Shown: piece by piece, positions 41,984-54,819 of the stretch | Layout of the letters: each line of letters starts with the position of its first letter | How positions within the stretch are numbered: position 1 is the stretch's first letter | Source of the DNA: the human T2T-CHM13v2.0 reference genome, Homo sapiens | Reading direction: 5' to 3' (one strand) | Assembly: GCF_009914755.1 (NCBI RefSeq) | Contig: NC_060935.1 | DNA length: 64,000 bases | Notes under the pieces: generated by a model | Seen by the model: the letters and a program-made list of their open reading frames with translations, nothing else | Databases searched by the model: none | Told to the model about the DNA's origin: nothing | Program-made: the position numbers and the translations under genes

Positions 41984-42839
41984 CACTTCCCACCAGCTAT
42001 GCACGAGGGTGTCTGGAGGCAAAAGCCCGAGAGAGCAGAGGTGGAGACGGCTGAGCACTGTGCTAAGGTCTGGCGGGCACCAACCAAAAGTTCCAGATGG
42101 TGACCAGGAGAGGGCGCCAGGGCCCCACCCCCCAGAGGAAAGGCGTGTAACAAACGGGGGATAAAGGAACTTCAGAACAGGGGAGTACCTCAGAGAGCCC
42201 CCCGCCAACCCCTTCATTTCACACCAGAGGAGCGGGGCTCCGAGCAGGGAAGTGACTCATCAGGTCTGGATTCAGGAGCCCTGAGAGTCCCTCTGCACTT
42301 TCAGAATTGACCTACCTTCCATTTTAGTCATATCGTCTGATCCGTTATGTCTCTTTCTCCTTTGTTCATTCACTCTGAGGACTGAATCTCCGCTTCATTA
42401 TTTTTATCACAACGACATGATAAAAAATGAATAAACCTGTGGCCTGGAGGTTGGGATTCCTGGATCCTTTTTTCTAGGAAGAGCCCTGTCTTTAACTTGA
42501 TCTTTTCCTTCATGCCCCACACTTTGGCCTGCTCACTAGCAGTGATAATGCTGGAGATAGACTGAGAAAGGCTGGAACTCCCCCCTCAGGATGCAGGACT
42601 CCGGTTGCAACAGAAACACCTGAGTTAGGCTGCTGAAAGGCCTTCCCACTCACGAACACGGAACTAGCTGTAGGAGTCCAAAGATTTTAAACAAGACTAG
42701 AGAGCTATCAACCTGTCCCCTTCTCCCAGCAGGGAATGAATTTATGTAATAAGAGATGCCACAGATGGGGAAGAGGTTGCACGTGTGATTACTGTGAAGA
42801 AAGACAAAAGAAAAAAAGATTGTCAAACTTTGGTTTAGA

Positions 42840-42996
42840 GAGAGGTTCTCAAGGTGTGGTCCCAGCAGCAGCACTGCCCGCCAGGCAGTGTGTCACGCAG
42901 TGCAAACTCTCAGGCTCCACCGACAAAAGCAGAAAGGCTGGCTTCCAAAAAGCCCTGCAGGAGATTTTGAGGTTTGCTAAAGTTTGAGAACCCCTG
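42840..42996. mobile_element. MER5A-like hAT-Charlie MITE
   Basis: Termini gaggttctcaa...tttgagaacccctg with gtttagag/gcttagag flanks. Confidence 0.75.
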
Positions 42997-43419
42997 GCTT
43001 AGAGGCATGTATTGCTTACAGGTAGAAGGAGAGATGACTTCCGGGTAACCTCATGAGATTTCTCTGAGCCCACTGAGTCAGGGATTCAACATAGGCCAAA
43101 GAAGAAGGCCTAGCTGAATCAGTAGCTTTAGGCCTCATGGAGGCTAGCCTCTTTCTCTAAGGGACCAGGAAGAGCTCATTCTATCATCTCCAAGCCTTTC
43201 TGCTTTGAGGAAAGGCACAGAAAGACAAGCTGCTTAGGGAATTTACAGGAAGCTGGCCACCAGAAGAAGATGGGTCAATGGTGACATTTTTAGATGTCAC
43301 CATTCCAAATACATGGGTTTTTGCACTCTTTAAGGGCCTCACTCGTGGAAAACTGCTGTCCTACCCTTCCCTGTCCACAGAGAGCAGGACGCCCTAGAGA
43401 CCCTGTGCCTCAGCCTCAC

Positions 43420-43645
43420 CCTCCTCGGTGACTCTTAGGGGGATCAGCCGCGTCGTCTTCACAAAGGGCCGATGCGCCTCAAACTCAAACTCCCGGGACA
43501 CATTGCAGGTGTAGAGGCCAGAGTCGTTCAGAGTGACGTTGAGCACAGTGATGGACACGTCCTGCAGGTCCTTGCTGCCATTCCACTGCAGGCGCCCCTG
43601 AAAGGGGCTCTCCACCTCCTGGTGGCCATTCCGATACTCGTAAAT
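43420..43645 (-). CDS. SCN3B: SCN3B coding exon (Ig V domain) IYEYRNGHQEVESPFQGRLQWNGSKDLQDVSITVLNVTLNDSGLYTCNVSREFEFEAHRPFVKTTRLIPLRVTEE
   Basis: ctgcag| acceptor, G|gtgagg donor, 226 nt; DSGLYTC Ig motif and N-glycosylation sequons. Confidence 0.97.
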
Positions 43646-44405
43646 CTGCAGATAGAGGAGCAGAAGAGGGTAGGGCCAGGAAAGGAGATGGCAGTGGGGG
43701 GAAGCCGAGTTAGGGACAGGGCAGAGAAAAGGAGCAGAATTGTGCATGGACAGGGAAGAGAGGGGACAATGCCACCGGGAGACCCAGAATGTGGGGGTGG
43801 GATGAAGAGGCACAGAGGAGGGTAGGGAAGGGAGCAAAGACAGGGAAGGACAGGCAGAGGCAGCAGGCATCAGGGCATGTGGACGTGGTGAGGACAGAGG
43901 CAGCCACGGGCGTGTAGGAAGAAGCTTGGCAGAAAAAAAGGGGTGGAAAGAGGGAGAACAAAGGCAGGCGGGAGAAGAGTATGGGAGCCCAGGAGACGGA
44001 CATTGAGAGAAAGACAGGATTGTAAAAAGATAGAGAGAACAAGAGAGTAAGATGTGTCCCAGAGCCGCTGGCAAGAGAACAAGGTAGAGACAGCAAGACA
44101 GGCAGATTCATTAGTAATGAAGACATATGAAAGCCCTGGCTTTAAAACTGGACTCTCTGTGCTGGTACTCATCAGGGGCTGTAGGACAGTCTGGGCCAGG
44201 CCACAGGAAGGAGGCCCAGGATGCTGAAGCATGGCAGATGAGCAGAGAGCCATCACCAGAGAGGCACACGTCACATCTTTTGCTTTGGACTGAATTTTAA
44301 CTAAAATATCATCTTTTAAATTTCTTTCCTCAACACTTCCACCCTCTGACATAACAGCCAAACTCATTTCTGACTCTAGCTTCTATGTGCCATTCTCTCT
44401 CTACA

Positions 44406-44613
44406 GCTGTGCTGGCTATTCTAGTCTCCACTAGCCACATGTAGCTACTTAAATTCAATTTCTTAGAAGTTAAATACAATGTAAAATTCAGTTCCTCAGT
44501 GGCACTGGCCACATTTCAATTATTCATAGCCACATGTGGCTGGTGGCCACTGTATCGCACAGCACAGATAGAGAAGGTTTCCACCATCACAAACATTTCT
44601 ATGAGACAGCCTT
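44406..44613 (-). mobile_element. MER3 (hAT-Charlie) MITE
   Basis: ccactagccacatgtagcta...aaattcagttcctcag...tagccacatgtggctggtggc internal inverted repeats. Confidence 0.8.
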
Positions 44614-45460
44614 GCTGTGGATTTCCATGGATGTTTTGCTGTTGCCGTTTTATTTTTCATTTTCTTCTTCTTCTGATCCACCTTTTCCTCACTTTGGGCA
44701 GGCCTGGAAGCAATGTGGGCAGCTATCACTGGTACATGACCAGGCCTGAAGGCCCTGGGGGCCTTTGCATCTGGCCAAGACATCCAGCCTCCTGCAGCTG
44801 GGGGCTAGCCTCAGTTGCAGCTTCATTGACGTGTCACTGTCACACCTGAGCCAGGCTCTGGGAAGTCTCCGCTGGTCCCAGTCTTAGTACCAGACGGTTG
44901 CAAATCTGCATCAGAATGGCACATAGAAGCTAGAGTTAGAAATGGGTTCGGCTTTAGGATAGTGAGAAAGAAGAGCAAGCTAAACCCAGTTTCGCCCTTC
45001 CATTGTCTCTGTTACAAATCTTTGTGGAGGAGAAACTTGCCCCCAGGAAGGCAAAGCAGTGCCGTAAAAAGGGCCTTGTATCTGCTGTTAGACCACCTGG
45101 CTCAAGTCAAAGCTGTCTTAGTTATTAACTTAACTTCTTTGAGCCTCAGTTTCCTCATTTCTGTGTCTATCTTTTCTCTAGCAAACATTTACCAGTGCTT
45201 ACTATATTCCAGAAACTATTTTTAATGCATTAAAAATTATAGCTCATGAGTCCTGGTAACAGCCCTATAATTTGGCTATGCTTTATATCCCCACTTTAAA
45301 AATGAGGAAACCGAGGCACAGAAAGGATGACCAACATGTCCAAGGACACAGAGGTGATAATAAGTGTGAAGTCAAGAATCAAACCCAGGTGGCCTGGCTC
45401 CACAGTCAGTGAAGGAGTAAATAATGGTCATCTCCAAGGTGGTATTCAAAATATATGACA

Positions 45461-45737
45461 GCCGACCAGGCACGGTGGCTCACACCTGGAATCCCAGCAC
45501 TTTGGGAGGCCGAGGTGGGTGGATCACCTGAGGTCAGGAGTTTGAGACCAGCCTGGCCAACATGGCAAAACTCTGTCTCTACTAAAAATACCAAAATTAG
45601 CTGGGCATGGTGGTGGTGCCTATAGTCCCAGCTACTGGGGAGGCTGAGGTGGGAGAATCGCTTGAATCTGGGAGGTGGAGGTTACAGTAAGCGAGATCAC
45701 ACCACTGCACTCCAGCTGGGTGACAGAGGGAGACCCC

Positions 45738-45740
<3 letters not shown>
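45461..45740 (+). mobile_element. AluS element whose tail is replaced by a compound microsatellite
   Basis: Full Alu body up to gagacccc. Confidence 0.93.
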
Positions 45741-45825
<85 letters not shown>

Positions 45826-45870
45826 TATATACACACACACATACATATATATATATACACACACATATAC
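45741..45870. repeat. Compound (GA)17(AT)20(CA/TA)n microsatellite
   Basis: Directly visible. Confidence 0.96.
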
Positions 45871-46560
45871 AACCACTTTGCCACTGGCACCAACCACCCA
45901 GAACTGACACTGGCTATGGTGCAGGAGCAGAATCTGGAAGACTCCCAGCTCTGCCAGGAGCGAATCTCTTCGTTTCCAAATCATGGATAAGTCTGGGGGT
46001 TCAGCCACTTAGGAGACTCGGCACAGCAAGTATCCACGAGAGAACTGTTTGAAATAATTGACTCACTGATGTGGCTGTGCTGGGTGTCCCGGGTGAATGT
46101 CACCCTTGGATCACTCTTTGTCATCCCTGTCATTCCTATTTCAATGGGACTGCAGGAGTTAAAGGAGCTAACCTTTGTTATTTCACATAATGATGCTTTG
46201 TGTTATTCCAATTTCTTTATGAATTTAATGCATATAATAGGATGGCACAGAAGATTAGATGAAAACACCTGCAAAATGTGTGGTAGGGCGCCTATCACAT
46301 AGTAGGCTTTAAATATAGCATATCTCTTTCCTCTGCTTCCTCCAGCCCATAATCAAGGGTGCTTGCAGCTGGCCCAGTGCCCTTTCTCTCACAGAAGCTG
46401 GGGCTTCACTAAGGCTGTCAGTTATCTGCTGAGGATCTGTCAGTGTTTGGAAGAGAAGGAGCCAGTGTTTGCTAGCTTGGCATCCCCCGGACTGTCAGGA
46501 GCCAGGCTGGGAACAGCAGAGGCCAGCAGAAGAAAGGCCAGAGTCAGCAGTCTAACATAC

Positions 46561-46724
46561 AAGGAAATCTTTACCGCCCTCGGGCCTGTAGAACCATTCC
46601 ACCACCGTGGTGGCCTCCACCTCCTCTCTCTTCATGCAGGAGATGCAGCGCAGCTTCATGGGGTTGCCCTGCACGGCCTCCGTCTCCGAGGGCACTTCCA
46701 CACACACAGGGAAGCAGACACTGA
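46561..46724 (-). CDS. SCN3B: SCN3B coding exon VSVCFPVCVEVPSETEAVQGNPMKLRCISCMKREEVEATTVVEWFYRPEGGKDFL
   Basis: ctgcag| acceptor, CTT|gtatgt donor, 164 nt. Confidence 0.97.
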
Positions 46725-47739
46725 CTGCAGAGAGGACAGATGGACAGGGAAGGAACAGCAGGTGGTGGGGGAGGGGCACAGGAGAGAAACATTGGAGAAG
46801 AAGGAGGGAGGGAAGAGAGACAGAGAAGGAAGAGTCATGAGGCCAACCTGAAAAAAGCCACGTGCACATGTCTACACCTTCACCTGCGCTCCCTGAATGT
46901 ACAGGCTCAGAACGTGTACACATTGGAGGAGACCTGGATGATCTAGACATTGACTGAAATCCTTCCCCTGGAAGCAGTGGAGATGCAGCACCGTACATTA
47001 TACTTGAGCCCTGCTCTCTAAGTCTTATAGCCCAAATGGGAGACAGGGCATCTACCTACCCAGCAACCATCCATCCCCCTTCATTCCACCACCACTCATT
47101 AAAATCCACTCTCTGCCAGGTCTGATGCTAGACTAGAGATGCAAAGATGAATAAAACACTAACCATGCCCTAAATGCATTTATAATCCAATAGGGAACAC
47201 ATATTCCTAACTAGGATTAAACCAGACCACAGCAAGTAACACACTCATGATATATTCTGTTCTTAGAAGACAGGCAGTTAGTTACTCCCAGTTGGCCTGG
47301 GGAGAAAGGAAGAGAAGGATGGTGAAACATGAGGCTAGAAAGGTAGGCAGGGCCCATGCTGTGAAGACCTCTGTGTGTCCCTTCCAGTGTGAGGTATCCA
47401 ATGTTTTAAAGTCGTGGAGAGATGTAATTGTATCTGTGTTGTGTGAAAACTGTAGGTAATTCTGACACATGGTGGAGGTTGGAGCAGCAGTGAAGAAAAT
47501 GGCGAGCGGACCACTAAGCTGGAACAATGGTCTATGCAGAGGAGTATAGCAAGGCAAGTTAAAATCTGGAGCGGGGTCAGATTGTGGGACACCTTGCATG
47601 CCACACAGAGGTCTAAGACTTAGTGTTTCTGCCCTCTAGAAACTTGAAGTCTGTTTTTTAAAAGGAGGCAAGTATATCAGCTTGATAATTCAGAATAACT
47701 TGAGCGGGACAAGGCTGCCAGCAAAACATGCGCAAATGT

Positions 47740-48110
47740 GAGCTGCATTAACAGATGTACAGTACGCAGGAGGAAGGAGGCGTAGTTTCTCGGCACTGTT
47801 TTTGGAACAAATCTGGACTATTATGATCAGTTCAGGATGTCACATTTTAAAAAAGGAAGTTGTTCAAAGAGTGCATGCCCAGAGGTGAGGGAGATGGTGA
47901 AGGATCTGGAGATAAAGTCTGGTGAGGAAAAAATGGGAGAATTCGAGTTGCTTAGCTTGGACACAGAACATATCTGTCTTCAAATATTTGAAGGCTGGCA
48001 GATGGAAGAGAAATTTGATTCTGCCCAACCCTAAAAGTTATAAGAAAAAAATAAGTTTAATGCAATAAAGAAAGAATTTTATGATTTTGGAGCTGTTCAC
48101 AAATGCAAAT
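47740..48110 (+). mobile_element. Ancient L3/CR1 fragment
   Basis: cagttcaggatgtcacattttaa...gtcttcaaatatttgaaggctg resembles the CR1 RT 3' region. Confidence 0.5.
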
Positions 48111-48167
48111 AACTAAATGCTAAGAGAGTGTACACAGCATTGTTTGGGATATTTGAAAGTAAGACGA

Positions 48168-48490
<323 letters not shown>

Positions 48491-49399
48491 TTATATTAGG
48501 ACTTTGAAGATCCCTTCTGATGCTACTTTTTCATGAATTAATAATAAAAACAGAACCCCCAGAAAAAAAAAGAAATAATACACACTACATTTAAAAACTA
48601 GTCCACTGTTAATGGTCAGCCTGTTCATCTCCTGGCAGAGCGTTCTTTCCTAAAAGCAGAGGAAGGTTTTATTTAGAGCTTAATAAGACACTGCCATAAA
48701 TTAATTTTGAGTCCAAAAACTGTGTTTGATTGACTTAGAAGGCAATGTATTTATTTTAAAACATGGAGTTTAAAAACTAGTGGCACTAGAATTAACTTAA
48801 AGTTGTAAACATCAAGGTAAAATAAATGTAATTGGGTTTTCAACTCTCCAGCAAGCTGGGTGAGTCTTATCTGACAGTCTTCAAGAGGACCTATTGCTTC
48901 TGCAGATGGTGAGCCACGTTAATGGAGAGAGGACTCACATCTAGGGAGAACTGATCAGAAACATCTTCAGCATATGATGAGTCTGAAGTATTGATTATAG
49001 ATCTGATTAAACAAAAAGGAAATGTGGTTTGCGCAAAAGTTTGTGAGTGGGCAGAGGGGTAGAGCGTATGCAGCAAGAACTCCGTGTAGTATGGAACCTC
49101 AAGGCACATTCATATTTAATGAGAGCTGGCAAAGATAAATTCATTCATTTCATGTTGACAAACTCAGAAGTGGACTAAGAAGTCTCAAGGAATGCACAGT
49201 TACAATTATAGAGGCAGGGTGAAGATAGAATCTGGCAACTGAAGAGTTGGGTTTGATGTACTATGTAATCTCTCTGGACTCAGTTTATTCATCGACATCA
49301 TGCTGAAAGTTACATCTGTCTAGTAGGTTTATCATGAGAATTTTATGGATTAATTTACATGAATGTGCTTTGTACAAATGTCATTATTCATGTTATTCT

Positions 49400-50170
49400 A
49401 TCTTTCGTTTATTTCCCAAATATACTGAGTGCCTTCTGGGTGCCAGGCATTATTCTAAGCACGAAGAATACACCAGAGAACAAAAGAAAAGAATCCCTGT
49501 TTTATGGAGCTTACATTCCAATGGAGGGAGAGGGAAAACAGCAACATTAAATAGTAAAAAGTGCTGTGAGAAAAAATAAAACAGGAGAGAGTGTGTGCAC
49601 AGGGTCATTGGAGGATGGCCTTTCTGAGAAGGTATCATTGAGCAGGCGCTGAAGAAAAGAAATGAGGATACAAGCTATACACATATCTGTGTGAAGGCAT
49701 GTCAAACACAGGAAATTGCAACTCAAGGGCTCAAGGGGCCCAAAGGAGTGTGTTTGTCATGCTCAACAGACAGCAAACAGTCCAATGTGGAAATTACAGC
49801 AAACAACGTGAGAATAGAAGGGGATGAAGTAGTAGGAGGGATGGGGAGGGCCAGATCACAGCAGGTCTTATTGGCCATGTTAGAACCTTGGCATTTGCTT
49901 AGAGTTTATGGCATTTGCATGGAGCAGCAGAAGGTTCTGAGAGGAAGAATGATGGGATCTAATTTGTACAAGATCATATGATCTGATGCTGTGTTGGGAA
50001 TAAACTGATGAAGTGAAAGGGACAAGGGTGGAATCAAAACAGTTAAGAGGTCTGGTACAGGGATCGGATTGGAAGACGATTTTGTTTTGGTGAAGATGAC
50101 AGTAGAGCTGGTGGAGTTTGAAAGAAATGAAATGCAAGAAAATGATTTGCTGGATTAACATCTTTGAAAA
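49400..50170 (-). mobile_element. LINE-2 fragment
   Basis: tactgagtgcc...tgccaggca...ggagcttacattc...gggccagatcac L2 3' motifs in antisense. Confidence 0.6.
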
Positions 50171-50542
50171 GGTGAGAGGTGATGTGCTCTAGTGAACAAG
50201 TAGATGGGATGGCAGAGATAGAAGCATAGTTAGTTCATTTATAGTTAATGGAGGGAAAGCAGTCAGGATGGCAAATGGGGTATGGCAGAAAGTGGGGTAG
50301 CCCCTCTCTTTTCTTGGTTGCCCCTAAGGCAACAATAATCCAAGGTATCATCATAGAGCAAGTCCCACTCCTTCCCTTCTGGTCAAAATCTAGTTTCAGG
50401 GCATGAGAACTCTGCTCGTATGATCCTGAAGAGTACATTGAAAAATGGCCACAAAGTTCCCCCACCTCTGTTTGCTTGCCTTTTGCAGTATGACTTGCTG
50501 CTCCTTGCTTCAAGAGGTAATGTCTGTTTCTCCATCCTTTGA

Positions 50543-50977
<435 letters not shown>

Positions 50978-51914
50978 CACCACTGCCCTTCTTTCTATGA
51001 AACCCTCTAGGTATTCAAAGAAGGCTGTAAATATGGCAGGAGCTCAAACTACATTGCTGACTAAAAGTAACAAACTCTTGGAATAATGTTGACCAAATCA
51101 TTTGACCTTTGTTCTTCTCTTCAATTCCCATAATAATAATGAAGAAATTTATGAGAAGGAAAAACATGATTATTAATAATGATCATATTTCACTAGGGAG
51201 TAGTAGCATCCATCTATCATGAGGCAGATAATAAAGAATTATGAACCAGCTTCTCTGATACCCTCAAATCTTTCTCTTCTTTGGACAATGCCCAATTTTT
51301 CCTCCTGAGATTGCTCTAGAATGCTTTCCTTTGCACTGAGATAATGAAAAATTTGATTAGAATATAAACAATTTCCAAAAAGGGGTAATAAATGAGGTTA
51401 TTTTTAGATGCTGACACCCTGACGTGACTTGTTCTGTCAATTTAGCTGGTCACTTAGGGCCTTGAATAGGATGCACGAAAGATCACCAGGGGAAGAGAGG
51501 AAAACACACAGGGCAACTAGAAGGGCAGGCCTGGAGAAGAAGGGCAGAGAAGGTACTAGGTGCTAGTGAGTGAGGCCCTAGGACAGGTGATGGTGTTGGG
51601 GAGAGATGGGACGGTAGCTCAGAAGAGAAATGGGAGGACAGGTGCCCTCCTGGCGATTGTGCATAGTAGCACATGTGTCCATGAGAGGTGCTAGAAGGAG
51701 CACTGGAAGACTGAAATCAGAAAACAAGGGTTCTCTAGCAAGTCCTTTCCCTTCCCCGAGCTCATTTTCTCATCTCTAAACTGGAAATAGCACTCTTTCC
51801 CCTGACTACCTCAGGGATAGACATGAGGACCAAAACAAGCAATGTATTGAAAATTACATTGTAAACTGTGATGCACAGGCAAATATAGGGTTTTATTTAT
51901 TTATTTATTTTAAA

Positions 51915-52032
51915 GGCTGGGCATGGTGACTCATGCCTATAATCCTAGCATTATGGGAGGCTGAAGCAGGAGGATTACTTGAGCCCAGGAGTTAGAGACC
52001 AGCCTGGGCAATATGGCGAGACATCGTCTGTA
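51915..52032 (+). mobile_element. FLAM/Alu monomer followed by AT-rich low complexity
   Basis: Single Alu arm. Confidence 0.85.
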
Positions 52033-52337
52033 TTAATTTTTTTAATACAATTATTATTATTTTATTGTATTAATTATTTATTGTATTAATTATTTATTGT
52101 ATTGTATTATTTTTTAAATCTCTTTAAAAAATAAAAATTATTACATGCTTTAACAAAGGAAATAAGGAAACTTTTTTTCATGCATGCAGAAAGTAAATGG
52201 AAAGACTCTTTCCCTTCATATTGTACATCATATTAAAAAATCAACTTTGGAAGGGGGAACACATCTAACCCAGCATTATTGTTCAATATTGGAATTGCAT
52301 GCAAATCAAATGAAATTGTATCTGTGAAGGGCGGCTG

Positions 52338-52677
<340 letters not shown>

Positions 52678-54719
52678 TGAACCACTTCTCTTTCCCTTCC
52701 ACAGCTTTTCAGTTTGGTGAGACAACACTCAGTTTGCAAAGAAACTGAGAATGGGCAAAGATGGGCATACTGTGTACACTTCTTCCAAAGTTTTTTGGGG
52801 TCGGGGAGGGGATGGGCACTCTGTCAATTCTAGCAATATTCTTCAAAGATTTCTCTACCATTCATCTGTGGAGCTGAAAAGGATGTTAGATATCACCCGT
52901 GCCAACTTCCAAACATTACACAGAAGGAACCAGATAGCACTTTAAGGTTGTTATATAGTAAGCTAGTGGCAAAGCTGAGACTCCAATGCAGGTTGCACAA
53001 GTTCTAGTTAAAAGATTCTTGGATGATAGCATGTTCTCTCCCTCCACTGGAATTCAGGCAGGGATCTCAAAATCTTAGATTAGAGTTCAGGAAGAAAGTC
53101 TCTGCAGAGTCTCACTCCAACCCTTATCCACAACTTCAGCTTTACCGACGCTCTTTTTATCTGGCCAGGCTAACATCTTCTAAGCCTCGTGTCCTCAGCC
53201 TTAGCCTCCCCTGAGAAAATTTCAGCCTTAATCTTCAAGGCAGGTGAGATCATTGGCAACATATTATAGCTGCTCCATCTCCAGGTCTGGTCTACTCTAC
53301 TGGGGATGGCTGGTGATGAGTCCGCCTTTGGGGCTGACATTACCTCCCTCCTCAACCTTCCTAGTCCGTCTCATCAGGCATTTTGACAGGAAGCTTGGCT
53401 CTGCCTCTGGTCACATGCAAAATCCAGATAATGCTGGCAGCTAGAGTTAGTCCTGGAGGCTTGAAAAAGTAATACTAAAGCAAAGAGGCAGCTCCCATCA
53501 GCATGTCTGCCACCGTATAGGCAGGATGAGTTTCATGCCAACCATGGGAACATAAGCTCACATGCCTCGTTTCAGGGAGGCAGGTGGGTACAATTGTGTC
53601 CAATTACCCTGTGTATTGATTTTTGCACGGAGAAAGGTAGCTAAGATCATGTAAAGCAATCTGTCTGCTGAAGAGAACCTATATTTTATCTGAGGATCTA
53701 ATCATAGACACCAAGGCAGACATGCCCAGAACTACCACCCCCACCCCTGCCATACACATACTACTACACTCACCCATGCATTCAGATGTCTATGCCAACA
53801 TGCTCACACACATGCTAGTGCACACATCCAGACACTGAAATATATTTACATACAGTAAAACATTGTCTCAATCACACAATCAGACATTATCACATAGATC
53901 AATCCCCTTTACACACATTCAGGCACTCCAAGACCGTCTCTGACACTCTCTTCAGCCTTTACTGTTCCAAGTGTAAGATTCCCTTATTTGGAGGGGGAAG
54001 GTCACCTCAGTTTCTCACAGCTGACAAGCAAGAATCTATTCACCTTTGAAGGCAAAAACCCAGCTCTCCTCCCCTAACACCAAAGCATCTTAGTTCCACA
54101 GGTTCATGCAACAAACAAACAAACCAAAAAAAAAAGAAGAAGAAGAAAAAGAAAGATGCATTTCACAGTTGCCTATTTATTTAATATATAGCAGTAAATG
54201 GCTGAAGGCTGTTTTCTTCCCATTCCTTGTTAAAATTAAGAAGATGATGAGCAACTAAAGTATTTTCACTCTCAAAATTCATGCATCCAGCTTTTATGGT
54301 TTTTTTTTTTTTTAATATACAGAAACGAATTTGAAGACCCAGTAAGCTTTCCAGGAGTATAGACTCCTTGATGAGAAATAAAATGTAACCACACAGGAGG
54401 TTTTTATTCGTGAACGTGACTGCATTTCCTTTCAGCAAAGGGAAAGGGAAAAAATACTTTGGAATGATCAGGAAACTGGAGGAAGGGCGGAAGAACCACC
54501 AAAGGAGGTTGGAGAATAGCGGGGAAGGGCGGTGGGGAGGCGCCTTTCCCATCTCAAAATCCCAGCTCTCATGGAACCCCTGCCATCTCCATGTCTGGCA
54601 GATACGCACAGAGGCAAGCCAGCCAGAGCTCTTTTCTGTCACCAACGACATCAATGTGTTATTATTGTTAGCATTGTTACTGTTACCTGCATCCGGCATG
54701 GCGAGGTGCTGGTACTTAC

Positions 54720-54774
54720 CCCAGTAGATAAGCACGAGAGAAGCCAGGGGAAACAATCTATTGAAGGCAGGCAT
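54720..54774 (-). CDS. SCN3B: SCN3B first coding segment (signal peptide) MPAFNRLFPLASLVLIYW
   Basis: aagATGc start at 54774, TGG G|gtaagt donor; the five coding segments sum to 648 nt (215 aa plus stop); upstream acceptor tctctgtgtag| at 54799. Confidence 0.97.
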
Positions 54775-54819
54775 CTTCTGGGGCTGGCGGCTTCCAAGGC
54801 TACACAGAGAGATTCCCTC

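Noticed and set aside
41276-42217. Cluster of overlapping 60-174 aa ORFs as a possible nested gene or LTR
   Set aside because: No recognisable domain, no coherent splice pattern, and no LTR termini or TSD that I can support
43646-44074. Long in-frame upstream extension of the SCN3B Ig exon (ORF 43394..44074)
   Set aside because: Begins at a non-ATG codon, and the stop-free stretch is explained by the C/T-rich intron composition; the product is low-complexity Pro/Ser/Leu
45597-46052. IYIYIY/ERERER ORFs
   Set aside because: Microsatellite translations
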